From Patescibacteria group bacterium (GTDB taxonomy: Bacteria > Patescibacteriota > Patescibacteriia > SG8-24 > DYFX01): a stretch of 64,000 nt of DNA. Numbering within the stretch: the stretch's first letter is position 1; each line of letters begins with the position of its first letter. Below are positions 63,324 through 64,000 of the stretch, one piece after another. The notes beneath the pieces were generated by a model. It worked only from the letters and a program-made list of their open reading frames with translations. It was not told the origin of the DNA and made no database searches. The stretch covers positions 454,111 through 518,110 of the forward strand of contig JBAZZB010000001.1 of the NCBI GenBank assembly GCA_041659045.1, written 5' to 3'. A program made the translations under genes and the position numbers.

Positions 63324-64000
63324 ATGTCCTTTCCAAGAAATTTCGTCCTTGTGCGTCACGGTGAGTCCGAAGGCAACGCGGCCATGCGCATGGCCGAGCG
63401 CGGCGACCCCGACGCCCTGAGAAAGGCGTTCGAGGGTCGGCATACGAGCCAGTTCCGCCTGACCGATCTCGGCGTGGAGCAAGCTGCTGCGGCCGGTGCC
63501 TGGTTGCGCCAGGAGTTCTTCGAGAATGGCGGCGGTTTTGACCGCTGCTATACCTCGCAGTACGTGCGAGCGATGGAAACGGCGGCGCTGCTCGAATTGC
63601 CGAACGCGGAATGGTACCGGAATTTCTATCTGGCAGAACGCGACTCCGGGGGTATCGAACAACGGCCAGAACACGCGCGCGACGAAGAATTCCGTACGAT
63701 GCTCGGCATGCGCACCATCGAACCGTTCTTCTGGCGACCCAGCAACGGCGAGTCAATTGCCCAGATGTGCCTGCGACTCGATCGCGTGCAGGACACGTTG
63801 CATCGCGAATGCAGCGATGGAAACGTGGTCGCGGTTTGCCATGGCGAGGTCATGTGGGGATTCCGCGTGCTCGTCGAACGACTGGCACAAGAAACCTTTC
63901 GTGATCTCTATCTCTCGAAGGATCCGGCGAACCGAATCCACAACTGTCAGATTTTGCACTACACACGCGCCGATCCCGATGATCCGCTCGCACCCTCGAC
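63324..64000 (+). CDS. Histidine phosphatase superfamily (phosphoglycerate-mutase-like) protein, partial; runs off window end
   Basis: ATG at 63324 with a GGAG RBS. N-terminus FVLVRHGESEGN is the RHG catalytic motif. Hand translation stays open to the window end. Confidence 0.6.
   Translation, partial: MSFPRNFVLVRHGESEGNAAMRMAERGDPDALRKAFEGRHTSQFRLTDLGVEQAAAAGAWLRQEFFENGGGFDRCYTSQYVRAMETAALLELPNAEWYRNFYLAERDSGGIEQRPEHARDEEFRTMLGMRTIEPFFWRPSNGESIAQMCLRLDRVQDTLHRECSDGNVVAVCHGEVMWGFRVLVERLAQETFRDLYLSKDPANRIHNCQILHYTRADPDDPLAPS

Noticed and set aside
62877-63756. 265-aa and 144-aa minus-strand ORFs overlapping 62601-63266 and the histidine phosphatase gene.
   Set aside because: They are GC-rich antisense frames. 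The plus-strand genes have proper RBS and start contexts and, for 63324 onward, an RHG catalytic motif.

Overview
The window is a 64 kb, roughly 58-60% GC, gene-dense bacterial chromosomal segment. Many adjacent genes have overlapping stop and start codons, and most genes lie on the minus strand. The gene content is what a small-genome, fermentative bacterium with a Gram-positive-type envelope would carry, for example a CPR/Patescibacteria-like organism. That placement rests on gene content only and is an inference.

Recognisable housekeeping content:
- 3' part of murJ.
- A pyruvate-to-acetate operon: four-subunit 2-oxoacid:ferredoxin oxidoreductase (porABGD), a PduL-type phosphotransacylase and acetate kinase.
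- rlmD, era, a LOG-family protein, a MutY-family glycosylase, a pseudouridine synthase, a DEAD-box helicase, dnaX, cysS, dusB, yidC and a P-type ATPase.
- A heat-shock operon: CIRCE, then hrcA, grpE, hsp20, dnaK and dnaJ, interrupted by foreign-looking inserts and carrying two copies of a novel hairpin repeat.
- tRNA-Gln(CTG) and tRNA-Glu(CTC), each preceded by a near-consensus promoter.

The most unusual content is a roughly 10 kb minus-strand cell-surface locus at 19.2-29.6 kb:
- two membrane-anchored cohesin-like proteins and a protein with a duplicated type-I dockerin;
- a small signal/TM protein;
- a 1425-aa glycine-rich protein built from a near-identical ~1.4 kb tandem DNA super-repeat, whose C-terminal WxL-like module is also duplicated as a standalone secreted protein;
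- a sortase homologue whose catalytic Cys position is Ser;
- an LPRTG-anchored substrate.

Other notable items:
- A signal-peptide-bearing, phage-tail-fibre-like protein with a C-terminal S74 intramolecular chaperone domain, next to a high-GC lipoprotein island.
- A solitary T4SS coupling-protein-like ATPase.
- A MEMO1-CapA fusion.
- A roughly 750 nt non-coding stretch ending in a terminator, which may encode a structured RNA.
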